Shown here: positions 9,187 through 18,851 of the stretch, one piece after another | How positions within the stretch are numbered: the first letter of the stretch is position 1 | Layout: each line of letters opens with the position of its first letter | Origin: Candidatus Saccharimonadia bacterium | GTDB taxonomy: Bacteria > Patescibacteriota > Saccharimonadia > UBA4664 | Direction of reading: 5' to 3' | NCBI GenBank assembly: GCA_035544015.1 | Contig: DATKIP010000076.1 | Location: 64,299-128,298, forward strand | DNA length: 64,000 nucleotides | Translations under genes and position numbers: made by a program | The notes under the pieces: generated by a model | What the model was told of the DNA's origin: nothing | Databases searched by the model: none | What the model saw: only the letters and a program-made list of their open reading frames with translations

Positions 9187-10176
9187 ATGGGATCCGGAGA
9201 AGCTACGGCTTCAAGTGTCTTCAATAACCTCATGCTGGGGTACATAATCCTGCTTTTTAACAAGCTCGATCTGTTTCCGCATTTTTTTTCCGGCGCCACC
9301 TTCGATCAGCTGCAGGCAGCCGACGGCCTCGACCCCGTGCGCCTCAGGTCCGTCTTGGGCGCCGCCACCTCCAGCGGCTTGATCCGCGAAAAATATAGTG
9401 TTTACCACCTCACCAACCTCGGGCTCGAGCTGCACCGCAACCGCGGCTTTTTTACCTGGGCCATTGGCGGCTACTCGCCACTGCTCGAGTCTATGGATAC
9501 CTTTTTGCGGTCGCCGGACACCGCCTGGCAACCCTACGTTCGCGGCAATTACGTCGCGGTGGGCGCCGATGAGTGCAACCAGGGCCTCATGCAGGCGATC
9601 TTCGATCAAGTCATCGATACCATACCCGCCACGCGCATCGCCGACCTAGGCTGCGGCAACGCCGGACGGCTCGCCGACCTCCTGAGCCGCCGCCCCGAAC
9701 TCACCGGCGTCGGCGTCGACATCGACCCGGGCGCCATCGAGCTCGCCCGTCAAAACAGCGTCGCTCATGGTTTGGAGCAACGACTCCAATTGGTCCAGGA
9801 AAACGTCTTCGCCTCGCTCACCGGCCCGCGGCCCGAATTTGACGACGTCGAACTCGTAATGAGCTTCATGATGCTTCACGACCTCTTCAATCTCTCGGGC
9901 TTGCAGGGCCGGCTCTTCGACCTCATGAAAAAAGCTTTTCCAAAAGCAAAATACTACGTCCTGGCCGATACCTGCCTCCGTGAGCCACCGCCCGCCGCCA
10001 CAGCTCCGCCCATCTTCACCCTCGGTTTCGAGCTCATCCACGGCCTGCGCGGCATCCAACTATTTCCCCTCAGCTACTACGAGGAGCAATTTTCGCGGGC
10101 CGGGCTGCACCTCGTCGCGCGGCACGATTTTGGCGTGCCGGGTACCCACCTCTTCGTGCTTGAGGTGCCGGCGTGA
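9187..10176 (+). CDS. MppJ-like alpha-keto acid C3-methyltransferase (SAM-dependent)
   Basis: N-terminal wHTH-like region, ADLGCGNA, GVDID, FMMLHD and IFTLGFELIH, matching the FMMGHD and VFTLGFEFGH His motifs recalled for MppJ. Confidence 0.75.
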   Translation: MGSGEATASSVFNNLMLGYIILLFNKLDLFPHFFSGATFDQLQAADGLDPVRLRSVLGAATSSGLIREKYSVYHLTNLGLELHRNRGFFTWAIGGYSPLLESMDTFLRSPDTAWQPYVRGNYVAVGADECNQGLMQAIFDQVIDTIPATRIADLGCGNAGRLADLLSRRPELTGVGVDIDPGAIELARQNSVAHGLEQRLQLVQENVFASLTGPRPEFDDVELVMSFMMLHDLFNLSGLQGRLFDLMKKAFPKAKYYVLADTCLREPPPAATAPPIFTLGFELIHGLRGIQLFPLSYYEEQFSRAGLHLVARHDFGVPGTHLFVLEVPA

Positions 10177-11255
10177 CCACCCTGGCCGAGGCCTATTTCG
10201 GCCACGTGCCAGCACCGGCCGCGCCGCCGCTGAGTACCGGCACTCCGCTGCATCTCAACGAGATGCCGGCCGACGTCCCACTCGCCTTGCGCCGCCGCAT
10301 CCTGGCCCAGCTGCGCCGCGTCCCACTCAATCGCTACCCCGAACCCTTTGCCGACTCGCTGGCCACCCAGCTGGCCGCCTGGTATGGCTGTCGGCCGGGG
10401 CAGCTGCTGGTGGGCCCCGGGTCGAGCTCGTTTATCCGTTTGCTCTTCACGTATTTTGGCCTGCACGCCCGGGGTCACATCGTGATTGCGCGGCCGTCCT
10501 TTGCCTACTACGAGCAATTTTGCCGCGCTTTCAACATTCCCTACCGCACCTGGGAGCTCGACGATAATTTTCAATACGACACCGCTAGCCTCGCTGATTT
10601 GCCCGACCACTCGGCGGTGTGGCTGGCCAGCCCCAACAATCCCACCGGCGATGTCATTCCCACCGACCGGCTGGCCGCGCTGCTCGGCGCCCACCCGCGC
10701 AGCCTGTTCGTCGTCGACGAGGCCTACGGTGAGTTCGCCGGCTCCAGCCTGCTGCCGTTGCTAGCGGAGCACCCCAACCTGTTGCTGCTGCGGACGCTGT
10801 CAAAGGTAGTATCGGCCGCCAGTTTGCGCTGTGGCGCGCTCATGGGCGACGAATCCCTCATTGCCGCCATTCGCGGACTCCAAACGCCCTGGCAAATGTC
10901 CGGTTTTACCATCGAGGCCGCCAAAGTCATCTTGAGTTACATCCAGGAAACCAGCTGGGCCACCGACCAAATCCGCGCCCTGACCGCCGAGCGCGACCAA
11001 CTTTCGCGGCGCTGGGCCGCGGCTGCCGGCCAGCAATTCACCGTGTACCCGTCCCGAGCCAACTTTATATTGTTGCGCGCCGCCAGCCCCAAAGCCTACC
11101 ACGCCCTGCTCGCTGCCTGCGCCCGGCACGGCCTGCTCGTGGCTGCGCTCGACGGCCAGCCGCGCCTATCCGGCTGTGTGCGCGTCACCATCGGCCGTCC
11201 CGCCGATAACGTCACTTTTACAAAGGCCTTTCAAGAAAGCCTATCTATACCTTAG
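10173..11255 (+). CDS. PLP-dependent class I/II aminotransferase (HisC family)
   Basis: LNRYP, SPNNPTG, VDEAYGEF, RTLSK (PLP lysine), RVTIG; GTGA overlap with the upstream gene. Confidence 0.9.
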   Translation: MTTLAEAYFGHVPAPAAPPLSTGTPLHLNEMPADVPLALRRRILAQLRRVPLNRYPEPFADSLATQLAAWYGCRPGQLLVGPGSSSFIRLLFTYFGLHARGHIVIARPSFAYYEQFCRAFNIPYRTWELDDNFQYDTASLADLPDHSAVWLASPNNPTGDVIPTDRLAALLGAHPRSLFVVDEAYGEFAGSSLLPLLAEHPNLLLLRTLSKVVSAASLRCGALMGDESLIAAIRGLQTPWQMSGFTIEAAKVILSYIQETSWATDQIRALTAERDQLSRRWAAAAGQQFTVYPSRANFILLRAASPKAYHALLAACARHGLLVAALDGQPRLSGCVRVTIGRPADNVTFTKAFQESLSIP

Positions 11256-11283
11256 AATAGCGTCACAGAAAGGGGCTCCTGCC

Positions 11284-12006
11284 GTGCAGTATGATGAAAC
11301 ACTTTGGCGAAATTATGCCAAAGTCTACGATACCCTGCTTGAAATCATCCCATACCGCAACCTCCTGCTGGAGGTGGTCGATAGTGCCCAAATCAAGGGC
11401 GGCCAGGCCGTGCTCGACACCTGTTGCGGTACCGGTAATCTGCTATGGGCCTTGCAGCACCAAAATATTAACTGCCAGTTCACGGGTGTGGACGCCTCAT
11501 CGGCCATGCTCGCCAAAGCGCAGGCCAAAACCCCCGCCTTTAGCGGCACCGCCGAATTTTGCCGCATGGACTTACACCGGCCACTCGAAGCTTGGAAGAT
11601 TACGGGGTCGTTCGATCGATTCATTCTGAACAATTGTGTCTTCGCGCTCGACAATCCGGCCCTAGTGTTGCAAAACTTGGCCACCTTCGCCCGGCCTGGC
11701 GCTATCCTCGTTCTCTCCACGCCCCACCCCAGCCCCAGCCTCGATGCCGTCCTCGACGAGCATCTCCGCGATGCCGAAACCGCCGGTCGATACCAAGAGC
11801 GCGAAGATGCATTGCAGCAGCTAGTACCCCTGGTAGAGCCGATTATTCGATGCAATCAGCAAATATTTCGACACTATGGAGACGAGCTGCATTTTCCGAA
11901 TCGCTCCCAACTTGAGCAATGGTTCGAGCATTCAGGCTGGAAGATCACCGACATTCGCACGACCTATGCCGGTCAAAATTGGCTCGTAACAGCCGAGAAA
12001 GTTTAA
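11284..12006 (+). CDS. Class I SAM-dependent methyltransferase
   Basis: VLDTCCGTG, GVDASSAML; GTG start preceded by AGAAAGGGG. Confidence 0.85.
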   Translation: MQYDETLWRNYAKVYDTLLEIIPYRNLLLEVVDSAQIKGGQAVLDTCCGTGNLLWALQHQNINCQFTGVDASSAMLAKAQAKTPAFSGTAEFCRMDLHRPLEAWKITGSFDRFILNNCVFALDNPALVLQNLATFARPGAILVLSTPHPSPSLDAVLDEHLRDAETAGRYQEREDALQQLVPLVEPIIRCNQQIFRHYGDELHFPNRSQLEQWFEHSGWKITDIRTTYAGQNWLVTAEKV

Positions 12007-12104
12007 AAACCTCGTGGTTGCATGCTCCGGTCCACGCGTGTGATGATTATCGCGTCCCCAGCCCTTTGATATGGGCCCCAACTACTTCAACGGTGGGATA
12101 CACC

Positions 12105-12887
12105 ATGACAAGTAACACCGGCAATACCGATCTCACCACCCTCAGCCTCACCGCTCTCTTCGAGCTTTACGCCGAAGAGTACGCACGGCTGCGGGAGCTC
12201 TTCCCCTACCAAGACCACTGGCGTCAAATCGTCGCCGAGCTCGGTCTCGAGACCCATGATCGCATCCTCGACGCCTGCTGCGGCGACGGCGCCCTGACCT
12301 GGGCGCTCACGAAACTGGGCGTCCCCCCGCCCCTCGTCCTGGGGCTCGACAACTCGACGGCGATGCTCGAGCACGCAGCCGCCGAGCCTTACCCCTCGGG
12401 ACGCGCGATGTACCTGCTGTCCGATCTCAACGCGCCTCCCGACGAATGGGCGCCGGCGGAGTTTTCGGCAAAGGCACCGAGCCTGAACATCACGAAGATC
12501 GCGCTGATCAACGGCCTCTATGCCCTCCGTGATCCCCAGCAGGCGCTCGCAGGACTGGCCCAAGTAGTGCGGCCAAACACCTCACTGGTGCTCTCCACCG
12601 CCCTGCCCAACCCAGACATGCAGGCGGTGCTACGGGAGCACCTGGAGCAAGTAGCGGCCAAGGGCGGAGACCCCGCCGCCGAATACAACCGGCTCCTCGG
12701 TCCCGAAGGCGTCTTCAAGCTCATCGCCGCCATCAACCAGGAAATCATCCGTCGCGGTGCCACCTCGCTCCACTTCCTGGACGAACCCACGCTGCGGCAG
12801 ATGCTGGACGCGGCCGGCTGGCAGGTCATGCGGTCGCAGATCGTCTACGCCGGCCAAAACGTGCTCATCACGGCCAAGAAACGGTAG
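12105..12887 (+). CDS. Class I SAM-dependent methyltransferase, paralog of the previous gene
   Basis: ILDACCGDG, GLDNSTAML, LVLST, and a YAGQN C-terminus shared with 11284..12006. Confidence 0.85.
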   Translation: MTSNTGNTDLTTLSLTALFELYAEEYARLRELFPYQDHWRQIVAELGLETHDRILDACCGDGALTWALTKLGVPPPLVLGLDNSTAMLEHAAAEPYPSGRAMYLLSDLNAPPDEWAPAEFSAKAPSLNITKIALINGLYALRDPQQALAGLAQVVRPNTSLVLSTALPNPDMQAVLREHLEQVAAKGGDPAAEYNRLLGPEGVFKLIAAINQEIIRRGATSLHFLDEPTLRQMLDAAGWQVMRSQIVYAGQNVLITAKKR

Positions 12888-12893
12888 GACCCC

Positions 12894-13622
12894 ATGTCCC
12901 TCGTTGTGGTGCGGCGCGCCGACAGCCCCGCCGATATTCGCTGTGCCTTCGCGATCCGGGCAGCGGCTTTCAGCCAGCTGGGCGGCAACCGGCACACCCC
13001 GTTTGACACCCGCCCAGACACCCGGTCCTTCCTCGCCACCACCCCCCGCGGTGACGGTGTCGCCGCCGGGTGGGTCGTCTCGGGCCGGTCGGGCAGCTTG
13101 CCTTCCGCTGGAATCTTCGCCCAGATGGGCTGGCCGCTCAATCCCCCGGGTTTCGCGCACTGGGACGAATTCACACGGTTTGGCACCAGCCCTCAGTACC
13201 AGCGAACCCGAACCGGCCTCGCCGGCTTCCTGGGCATGGCCGGTGCCGCCGTCTGCCATGGGCTCAAACCAGAAGCGCCCCGGCTGCACTGGCTCATGAC
13301 CATGATGCCAGGTCTCGTCCAGTCACTGGACTGGGTTCCCTATGAGGGCCTGCATCGGGGACCATTCCAGTACCGCGGCGGACCCAACACGCTCGAGCCC
13401 ATCTGGGCCGCCACCGTGTATCTCCCCGAAGTGCCTCGGGCGCTACAACTCGTGCGCCCCAGACTCTACACCCTGATGTTCCCAGGCGGCGTCCCATCCG
13501 GCGAGTGGCCTGCAGGTCGCTCAGACGATGACCTCCGCGAGCTCATCGCGGCCAATCGCGCCATCCTGGCGACGCACATCAGCCAGGCAGGGGAGCGCTC
13601 GCTGCCGGTCTACACCGCCTAG
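12894..13622 (+). CDS. GNAT-fold N-acyltransferase, divergent FeeM/LuxI superfamily
   Basis: AFAIRAAAF, PFD, LPSAGIF and DEFTRFGTSPQYQ resemble the R..VF / FD / LP / E.SRF pattern of N-acyl amino acid and AHL synthases. Confidence 0.6.
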   Translation: MSLVVVRRADSPADIRCAFAIRAAAFSQLGGNRHTPFDTRPDTRSFLATTPRGDGVAAGWVVSGRSGSLPSAGIFAQMGWPLNPPGFAHWDEFTRFGTSPQYQRTRTGLAGFLGMAGAAVCHGLKPEAPRLHWLMTMMPGLVQSLDWVPYEGLHRGPFQYRGGPNTLEPIWAATVYLPEVPRALQLVRPRLYTLMFPGGVPSGEWPAGRSDDDLRELIAANRAILATHISQAGERSLPVYTA

Positions 13623-13628
13623 CGGTCG

Positions 13629-13660
13629 AGGCCCGCCGGACACTTCGTCCGGCGGGCCTC
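13629..13660 (+). terminator. GC-rich hairpin after the GNAT gene
   Basis: GAGGCCCGCCGGAC-ACTTC-GTCCGGCGGGCCTC, with only a short T run. Confidence 0.55.
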
Positions 13661-13701
13661 TTCCCAATTTCCCGCGGCACGATATAGTAGGCATAGACAT
13701 C

Positions 13702-15870
13702 ATGCTTGTACTCTCGGTGATTCTCCTCAGCATCGTCCTAGCAGCAGATATTGCGCTGGGTTTGGTTGTGTGGCTGCAGGCTCCAGGACGCAGCGTTAAT
13801 CGTATTTTTGCTCTGCTAGCCTTCGCCTTCGCCGGATGGAGCGGCAGCGGTTTTTACGATCAAACCGTTGCCAATACGGCCAATCTCTCGCCATTCATGG
13901 CGGGCACTCCTTTTGTTGCCGCTATTTTGATCGCCGGCTTCATCATGCTTTTCACGCTCTATTTTCCCGCCAACCACCTCAACGCTCCGCGCCTGCGCCA
14001 TGGACTCATTTGGGCCCTAATTTTTACCGCCGCGCCGCTAATATTCATGGCTCTGTTCACCAGGCTCATCATAGCCGGCGTCACCATGTCTGCTGCTGTC
14101 GGCAACAACATTATTGTGGGACCGCTGTATGGATTGTTTCCGCTCTTCCTCCTTGCCTGGATCGGGCTGGCTTTGGTCAATTTGGCGCATAAATACCGCC
14201 ACGCCAAAAGCTCTCTCAGCCGGCAGCAACTCAGTTATGTATTCGCTGGATTCTTGCTCACCACCGCCACCGCCTTCATGACCAACGTCATTATTCCGAT
14301 GGCTACCCAAACCCCCACGGTAGCCCGTTTCGGCTTCCTCTCTACGCTGTTCCTCATCGGCTTCATCGGCTATGCCATCGTGGCCCACCGGCTATTCAAT
14401 ATTCGGCTGCTCATTGCCCGCTCGGTGGCCTACTTGCTGCTGCTTGGCACCCTTACCACGCTCTATGGCCTAGGGATTTTCGCCACCAGCCGCTATTTCT
14501 TCCCCGATACCGGCATCAGCATGGGCGAAATCGCCGCCTTCATCGCCATGGCTCTCATTTTGGCTGTCACGTACCAGTCGTTTCGGCGCTTTTTTGAGCA
14601 CGTTACCGACCGGGTTTTCTTTCGTGATCATTACAACGCGCAGACGCTGCTCGACACCATCGCGAGCACGTTGGCCTCGGAATTGCTCCTGGAGCCGCTC
14701 CTGAGAAAAAGTCTCAAAGAGCTTTGCAGCCCGATGCATCTGGCGGGGGCCCAGGTGATGGTGCTCGAGCGCGACCGACTCTACAAACAAGCCCGCTACG
14801 GCCTAGCGGCGCCCAATGCCGTGCCACCGGCTGAGGCTGTTCGGAGCCTTCAGCACCCCATCCTCATAGCCGACGAATTATCGCCAGGCGCACTCAAAGA
14901 TCTGCTTGATGTCCACGGCGTGCGGGTTTCGCTCATGCTGCGCACCCACGGAGAAGCGGTAGGATTCCTGTTTTTGGGCGACAAACGCTCGGGCGACGCC
15001 TACACCGACGAAGACCTGGCCGTGCTCGAGATTGTTCGCAAGGAGCTGGCCGTGGCCATCACCAACGCGCGCGCCTACGAAGAAATCGCTCACTTCAACA
15101 CCACACTGCAAGAGCGTATTCGCCAGGCCACCCGGCGGCTCAGCGCCGCCAATCGCAACCTCAAGGTGCTCGACCAGGCCAAAGACGACTTCATCTCAAT
15201 GGCCTCGCACCAGCTCGGCACGCCGCTGGCCACCATCACGGGCTACCTGTCGATGGCCGTCGATGAAGACAAGCACAACATGACCGCTAATCAGCGCCAA
15301 TACATTAGCCTAGCACTCGAAGCCTCCAGTCGAATGGTGGCGATGTCGAGCGATCTACTCAATGTGTCGCGCCTCAATTCCGGCCGCTTCGCCATTTTGC
15401 CGCGGCCCGTCGACCTCGGTCAGCTGGTGGAGCAAGAGATCGAGCAGCTCAGCCCAGCGGCCGAACGCAAGGGCCTCAGGCTCACCCACAAGCTGCCGCA
15501 GCCGCCCTTGCCGCGACTGATGCTCGACGAGAGCAAAACCCGCCAAGTGGTAATGAATTTCATCGACAATGCCATCTACTACACGCCGCACGGCGGCATT
15601 CACGTAGAGCTCAAGCATGAAGCCGGCGCCGTCATATTTACCGTCACCGACACCGGCATCGGCGTGCCGGCGGCGGAGCAAGCCAAGCTGTTTGCCAAAT
15701 TCTATCGTGCGGACAACGCTCGGCAGACTCGTCCCGATGGCACGGGATTAGGCCTCTACTTAGCCAAAAAAGTCATTGAAGGTCAGAACGGAACCATCAT
15801 TTTTGCTTCCCAAGAGGGCGCCGGGAGCACTTTTGGCTTCAGTTTGCCGTATACGCCCGCCAAGGGCTAA
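13702..15870 (+). CDS. Multi-TM (7TM+2) sensor histidine kinase with GAF-like linker, LuxN-like architecture
   Basis: ~9 TM N-terminus, YAIVAHRLF, LGDKRSGDAYT, H-box FISMASHQLGTP, N-box NFIDNA, DTGIG, GTGLGL. Confidence 0.9.
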   Translation: MLVLSVILLSIVLAADIALGLVVWLQAPGRSVNRIFALLAFAFAGWSGSGFYDQTVANTANLSPFMAGTPFVAAILIAGFIMLFTLYFPANHLNAPRLRHGLIWALIFTAAPLIFMALFTRLIIAGVTMSAAVGNNIIVGPLYGLFPLFLLAWIGLALVNLAHKYRHAKSSLSRQQLSYVFAGFLLTTATAFMTNVIIPMATQTPTVARFGFLSTLFLIGFIGYAIVAHRLFNIRLLIARSVAYLLLLGTLTTLYGLGIFATSRYFFPDTGISMGEIAAFIAMALILAVTYQSFRRFFEHVTDRVFFRDHYNAQTLLDTIASTLASELLLEPLLRKSLKELCSPMHLAGAQVMVLERDRLYKQARYGLAAPNAVPPAEAVRSLQHPILIADELSPGALKDLLDVHGVRVSLMLRTHGEAVGFLFLGDKRSGDAYTDEDLAVLEIVRKELAVAITNARAYEEIAHFNTTLQERIRQATRRLSAANRNLKVLDQAKDDFISMASHQLGTPLATITGYLSMAVDEDKHNMTANQRQYISLALEASSRMVAMSSDLLNVSRLNSGRFAILPRPVDLGQLVEQEIEQLSPAAERKGLRLTHKLPQPPLPRLMLDESKTRQVVMNFIDNAIYYTPHGGIHVELKHEAGAVIFTVTDTGIGVPAAEQAKLFAKFYRADNARQTRPDGTGLGLYLAKKVIEGQNGTIIFASQEGAGSTFGFSLPYTPAKG

Positions 15871-16004
15871 ACCATAGCTATTTTCACAAGAACCATTCAA
15901 TCCCCGGGCATTTTATATACCAACTTCACCAACGCTATCCGGCTGCCAGATAAGCTTTAATTACAAAGGTAAAGGGACGGCCCAAGAGCGGCCAATTAAT
16001 AGGT

Positions 16005-16406
16005 ATGCCTACGCCCACCATTCTCATTGTCGAAGATAATGCCGATCTCCAAAAAATCTATCAAACCGTGCTCACGGGTGACGGATACAACGTAGTAGTG
16101 GCCGGCGACGGCGAGGCCGCCTTGCAGCAGGTCGCCGAGTACCATCCAGATCTCATTTTGCTCGACATGCTCATGGTCAATCTCGGCGGACTGGAATTCC
16201 TGCGCGCGTATCGCAAGACCGCCGATGCTGACGCCAAAATTATCATCGTTAGCAACCTCGCTTCCCCCGAGCTCAGTCAAGAGGCCATCAAGCTGGGCGT
16301 CGACCGATATCTGGCCAAAACCCAACTCACCCCGCGAGAATTAGCGCGCGAAGTCAAAACCATCCTAGCGGCTCCCGAGACGCCCATCGCTTCTGCGCAT
16401 CAATAA
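16005..16406 (+). CDS. Single-domain response regulator (receiver only)
   Basis: ILIVED, PDLILLD, GGLEFL, conserved K. Confidence 0.9.
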   Translation: MPTPTILIVEDNADLQKIYQTVLTGDGYNVVVAGDGEAALQQVAEYHPDLILLDMLMVNLGGLEFLRAYRKTADADAKIIIVSNLASPELSQEAIKLGVDRYLAKTQLTPRELAREVKTILAAPETPIASAHQ

Positions 16407-16814
16407 TCTGCCGGAAAACCAACTGAGCCGCGGCCCGGAAGCGATCATCAGAACGCCCCCGGACCGACTCTCTCGACCAAACATCCCGCAACGCAGCCAA
16501 TCATCCATACTACGACCACTATGCGGTCCCGCATGCTCATAAATTTGAGCGCCGGCCTGGCGATAAGCACGGTGGTGCAAGGGCTTCTAGTGGGGCTCAG
16601 TCCACACTCGCCCGTCATCACGCGCTCCTGGTTCACACCGCCAGCGCTCGTGGCACTGCCGTGGTACCGGCAAGATCCAAACATAACTTCGCAGGTTCGG
16701 GGACAGGATCGGGGGGTCGTCTAATGGGCCAAAGAGCCGTAGGCGATTATATCCAAAACAGCCTAAGCTTCCAATGGGCCAAATATTAATCATGCTTATG
16801 CTAAAATCTAGATC

Positions 16815-18032
16815 ATGGAACAAATCCGTACCCCAGGCTCCAAAATCCTCATCGTTGGCGGCGGCTTCGGCGGCGTGCGAACGGCCGTACGGCTCAGTCG
16901 GCAGCGCGGTCTCGATGTTACGCTTATCTCCAATCTCGCCACGTTCGCGTACTATCCGCAGTTTTACCACTCGGCCACCGGCGGCTCGCGCTCCGAAGCC
17001 GCCTTGCCTCTCACCGATGTACTCGCCGGCACTGGTGTCAGACTCGTCCAGGACGTCATTGTCAAAATCGACCCCGAAGCGTGCACTATTACTTCGATCG
17101 ACGGTAAGACCAGCTACCCGTACGACGAGCTCATTATGGCTCTCGGCTGCGTCACCAACTATTTTGGCATCAAAGGCCTGAGTGAATTCTCCTACGGCAT
17201 CAAATCAATCGACGAGGCCGAGCGGTTCAAGGCCCATCTCCACGAGCAACTTTTGGCCGGCCCCGGGCCCGACCTCAACTACGTCGTGGTGGGCGCCGGC
17301 CCCACCGGCGTCGAGCTGGCTGCCTCACTCGGCGCCTATCTCGACCGCATTACGGCCCTGCACGGCCTCGAGCCCCGCGATTACCACATCGAGCTCGTGG
17401 AGGCCGCACCCCGCATTTTGCCCCGTTCCAGCGAGGCCGTCTCGCGGCGGGTGCACCGTCGGCTCGCCAAGCTCGGGGTGGAGGTCATCACCGGCGCCGC
17501 CGTCAAAGCCGAAACCGCGCAGGAGCTCCAGCTCGAGGGTAAATCCATCGCCACGCGCACCGTCGTGTGGACCGCCGGCACCTCCGTGAACCCCTTTTAC
17601 TACGCCAACGGCGCACACTTTCAGCTCGCCAAGGGCGGCCGCGTCATGGTGAGCGACCATCTGGAGGCCAAAAACCACGTCTACGTCATCGGCGACAACG
17701 CCGCCACCCAATACTCGGGCATGGCCCAAACCGCCATCCGCGACGCCGACTTCGTGGCCGCCGACATCGCCCGCGCCCATGCCGGTCGCCGCCGCCCGGC
17801 CTACAAACCGTTCTTGCCGGTGAGCGTCATTCCGGTGGGGGAGTACTGGGCCGTAGCCGAATGGGGCCGCCTGCGCCTCTACGGGCTACCGGGCTACATT
17901 CTGCGCCGCGCCGCCGATCTCATCGGGTATGCCGACATCGAGCGCTGGCCTCAGGCCATCCGCGTCTGGCTCCAAGACGGGCAGCACGATGATAATTGTC
18001 AGATCTGCGCCGCCAGGCAGCCCCAAAACTAA
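16815..18032 (+). CDS. ndh: Type II NADH dehydrogenase (FAD-dependent oxidoreductase)
   Basis: GGGFGG, VVGAGPTGVE, VWTAG, YVIGD. Confidence 0.85.
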   Translation: MEQIRTPGSKILIVGGGFGGVRTAVRLSRQRGLDVTLISNLATFAYYPQFYHSATGGSRSEAALPLTDVLAGTGVRLVQDVIVKIDPEACTITSIDGKTSYPYDELIMALGCVTNYFGIKGLSEFSYGIKSIDEAERFKAHLHEQLLAGPGPDLNYVVVGAGPTGVELAASLGAYLDRITALHGLEPRDYHIELVEAAPRILPRSSEAVSRRVHRRLAKLGVEVITGAAVKAETAQELQLEGKSIATRTVVWTAGTSVNPFYYANGAHFQLAKGGRVMVSDHLEAKNHVYVIGDNAATQYSGMAQTAIRDADFVAADIARAHAGRRRPAYKPFLPVSVIPVGEYWAVAEWGRLRLYGLPGYILRRAADLIGYADIERWPQAIRVWLQDGQHDDNCQICAARQPQN

Positions 18033-18060
18033 AGGGGCCGCCCGGCGCGCTTTGCCCGCG

Positions 18061-18732
18061 CTAGCTCAGCACGAGCGTCTCGAGAAATTTGAAGTGTGGC
18101 GGGACCACCTTCGGGTTATCGCCCCCGATCTCACTCGATCCCATCGACATCGCGTAGAGCCTCCCGCTCGACCACACGAGCCGGAGGTAGTGGGTGCTAT
18201 CCGGGTACTCGCGCTTCAGGTCCAGGCTTTCATGGCCGCGGTAATTACCCGGCACCGGCCTGCCCGACGCATTCGGATCGTGCTCATCGAACCAGCGCTC
18301 GAACGCCTGCGTCGCCGTCAGCCCCGGGTACGGGACAACAGCCAGCCGGTAATCCTCCGACTGGAAGGCCCGACACGACGGCGGCGGTGAGACGGCATCC
18401 CAAGTTGGGCAGATTTTATGCCCATCGCCGCTCACCAGCAGTCCCGCCACGTGCATCCCACCGACTCCCTTTTCCAGAAAGTCGATATCAGCCGGATCGC
18501 CGTCGGTCGGGAACGTAGCGCAGGCGTGATGGCCGTCGGTACACGCCTGCCTGTACACGGGCTTGGCGAGGAGCGGCTTCTCCGGCTGGGGCGCCGGGGC
18601 CGTGATCCGCGAGATTGACTGGCCGCCTGACGGCGTATGGCCGGTGCAGCCGGACGCCAGCACGCCAGCAGATATAAGCCCCGCAGCCAGCGCCAGCGCG
18701 CGCCGGCCACTCAGCCCTCGTGGATGGTGCAT
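18061..18732 (-). CDS. Hypothetical lipoprotein
   Basis: Signal peptide with lipobox VLASGC; GGAGG RBS upstream of ATG 18732. Confidence 0.7.
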   Translation of the reverse strand: MHHPRGLSGRRALALAAGLISAGVLASGCTGHTPSGGQSISRITAPAPQPEKPLLAKPVYRQACTDGHHACATFPTDGDPADIDFLEKGVGGMHVAGLLVSGDGHKICPTWDAVSPPPSCRAFQSEDYRLAVVPYPGLTATQAFERWFDEHDPNASGRPVPGNYRGHESLDLKREYPDSTHYLRLVWSSGRLYAMSMGSSEIGGDNPKVVPPHFKFLETLVLS

Positions 18733-18816
18733 TGGTAGTGCCTCCATTCGGTGGGGGTACATCAACAGTTGCCCATGGTACCACCACCTCTAACCTTTAG
18801 AAACTCCACAAAAGTG

Positions 18817-18845
18817 TTGACAATAATTCCAACCTGTGATAGGAT
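18817..18845 (+). promoter_or_regulatory. Strong sigma70-type promoter with extended -10
   Basis: TTGACA (18817-18822), 17 nt, TAGGAT (18840-18845), preceded by TGn. Confidence 0.75.
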
Positions 18846-18851
18846 ACCTGA

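Noticed and set aside
10173-11255. Housekeeping hisC assignment
   Set aside because: No other his genes nearby and it is coupled to a keto-acid methyltransferase, so the gene symbol was withheld
16407-16814. Short overlapping ORFs on both strands between the receiver and ndh
   Set aside because: No frame has convincing motifs or start signals; left uncalled
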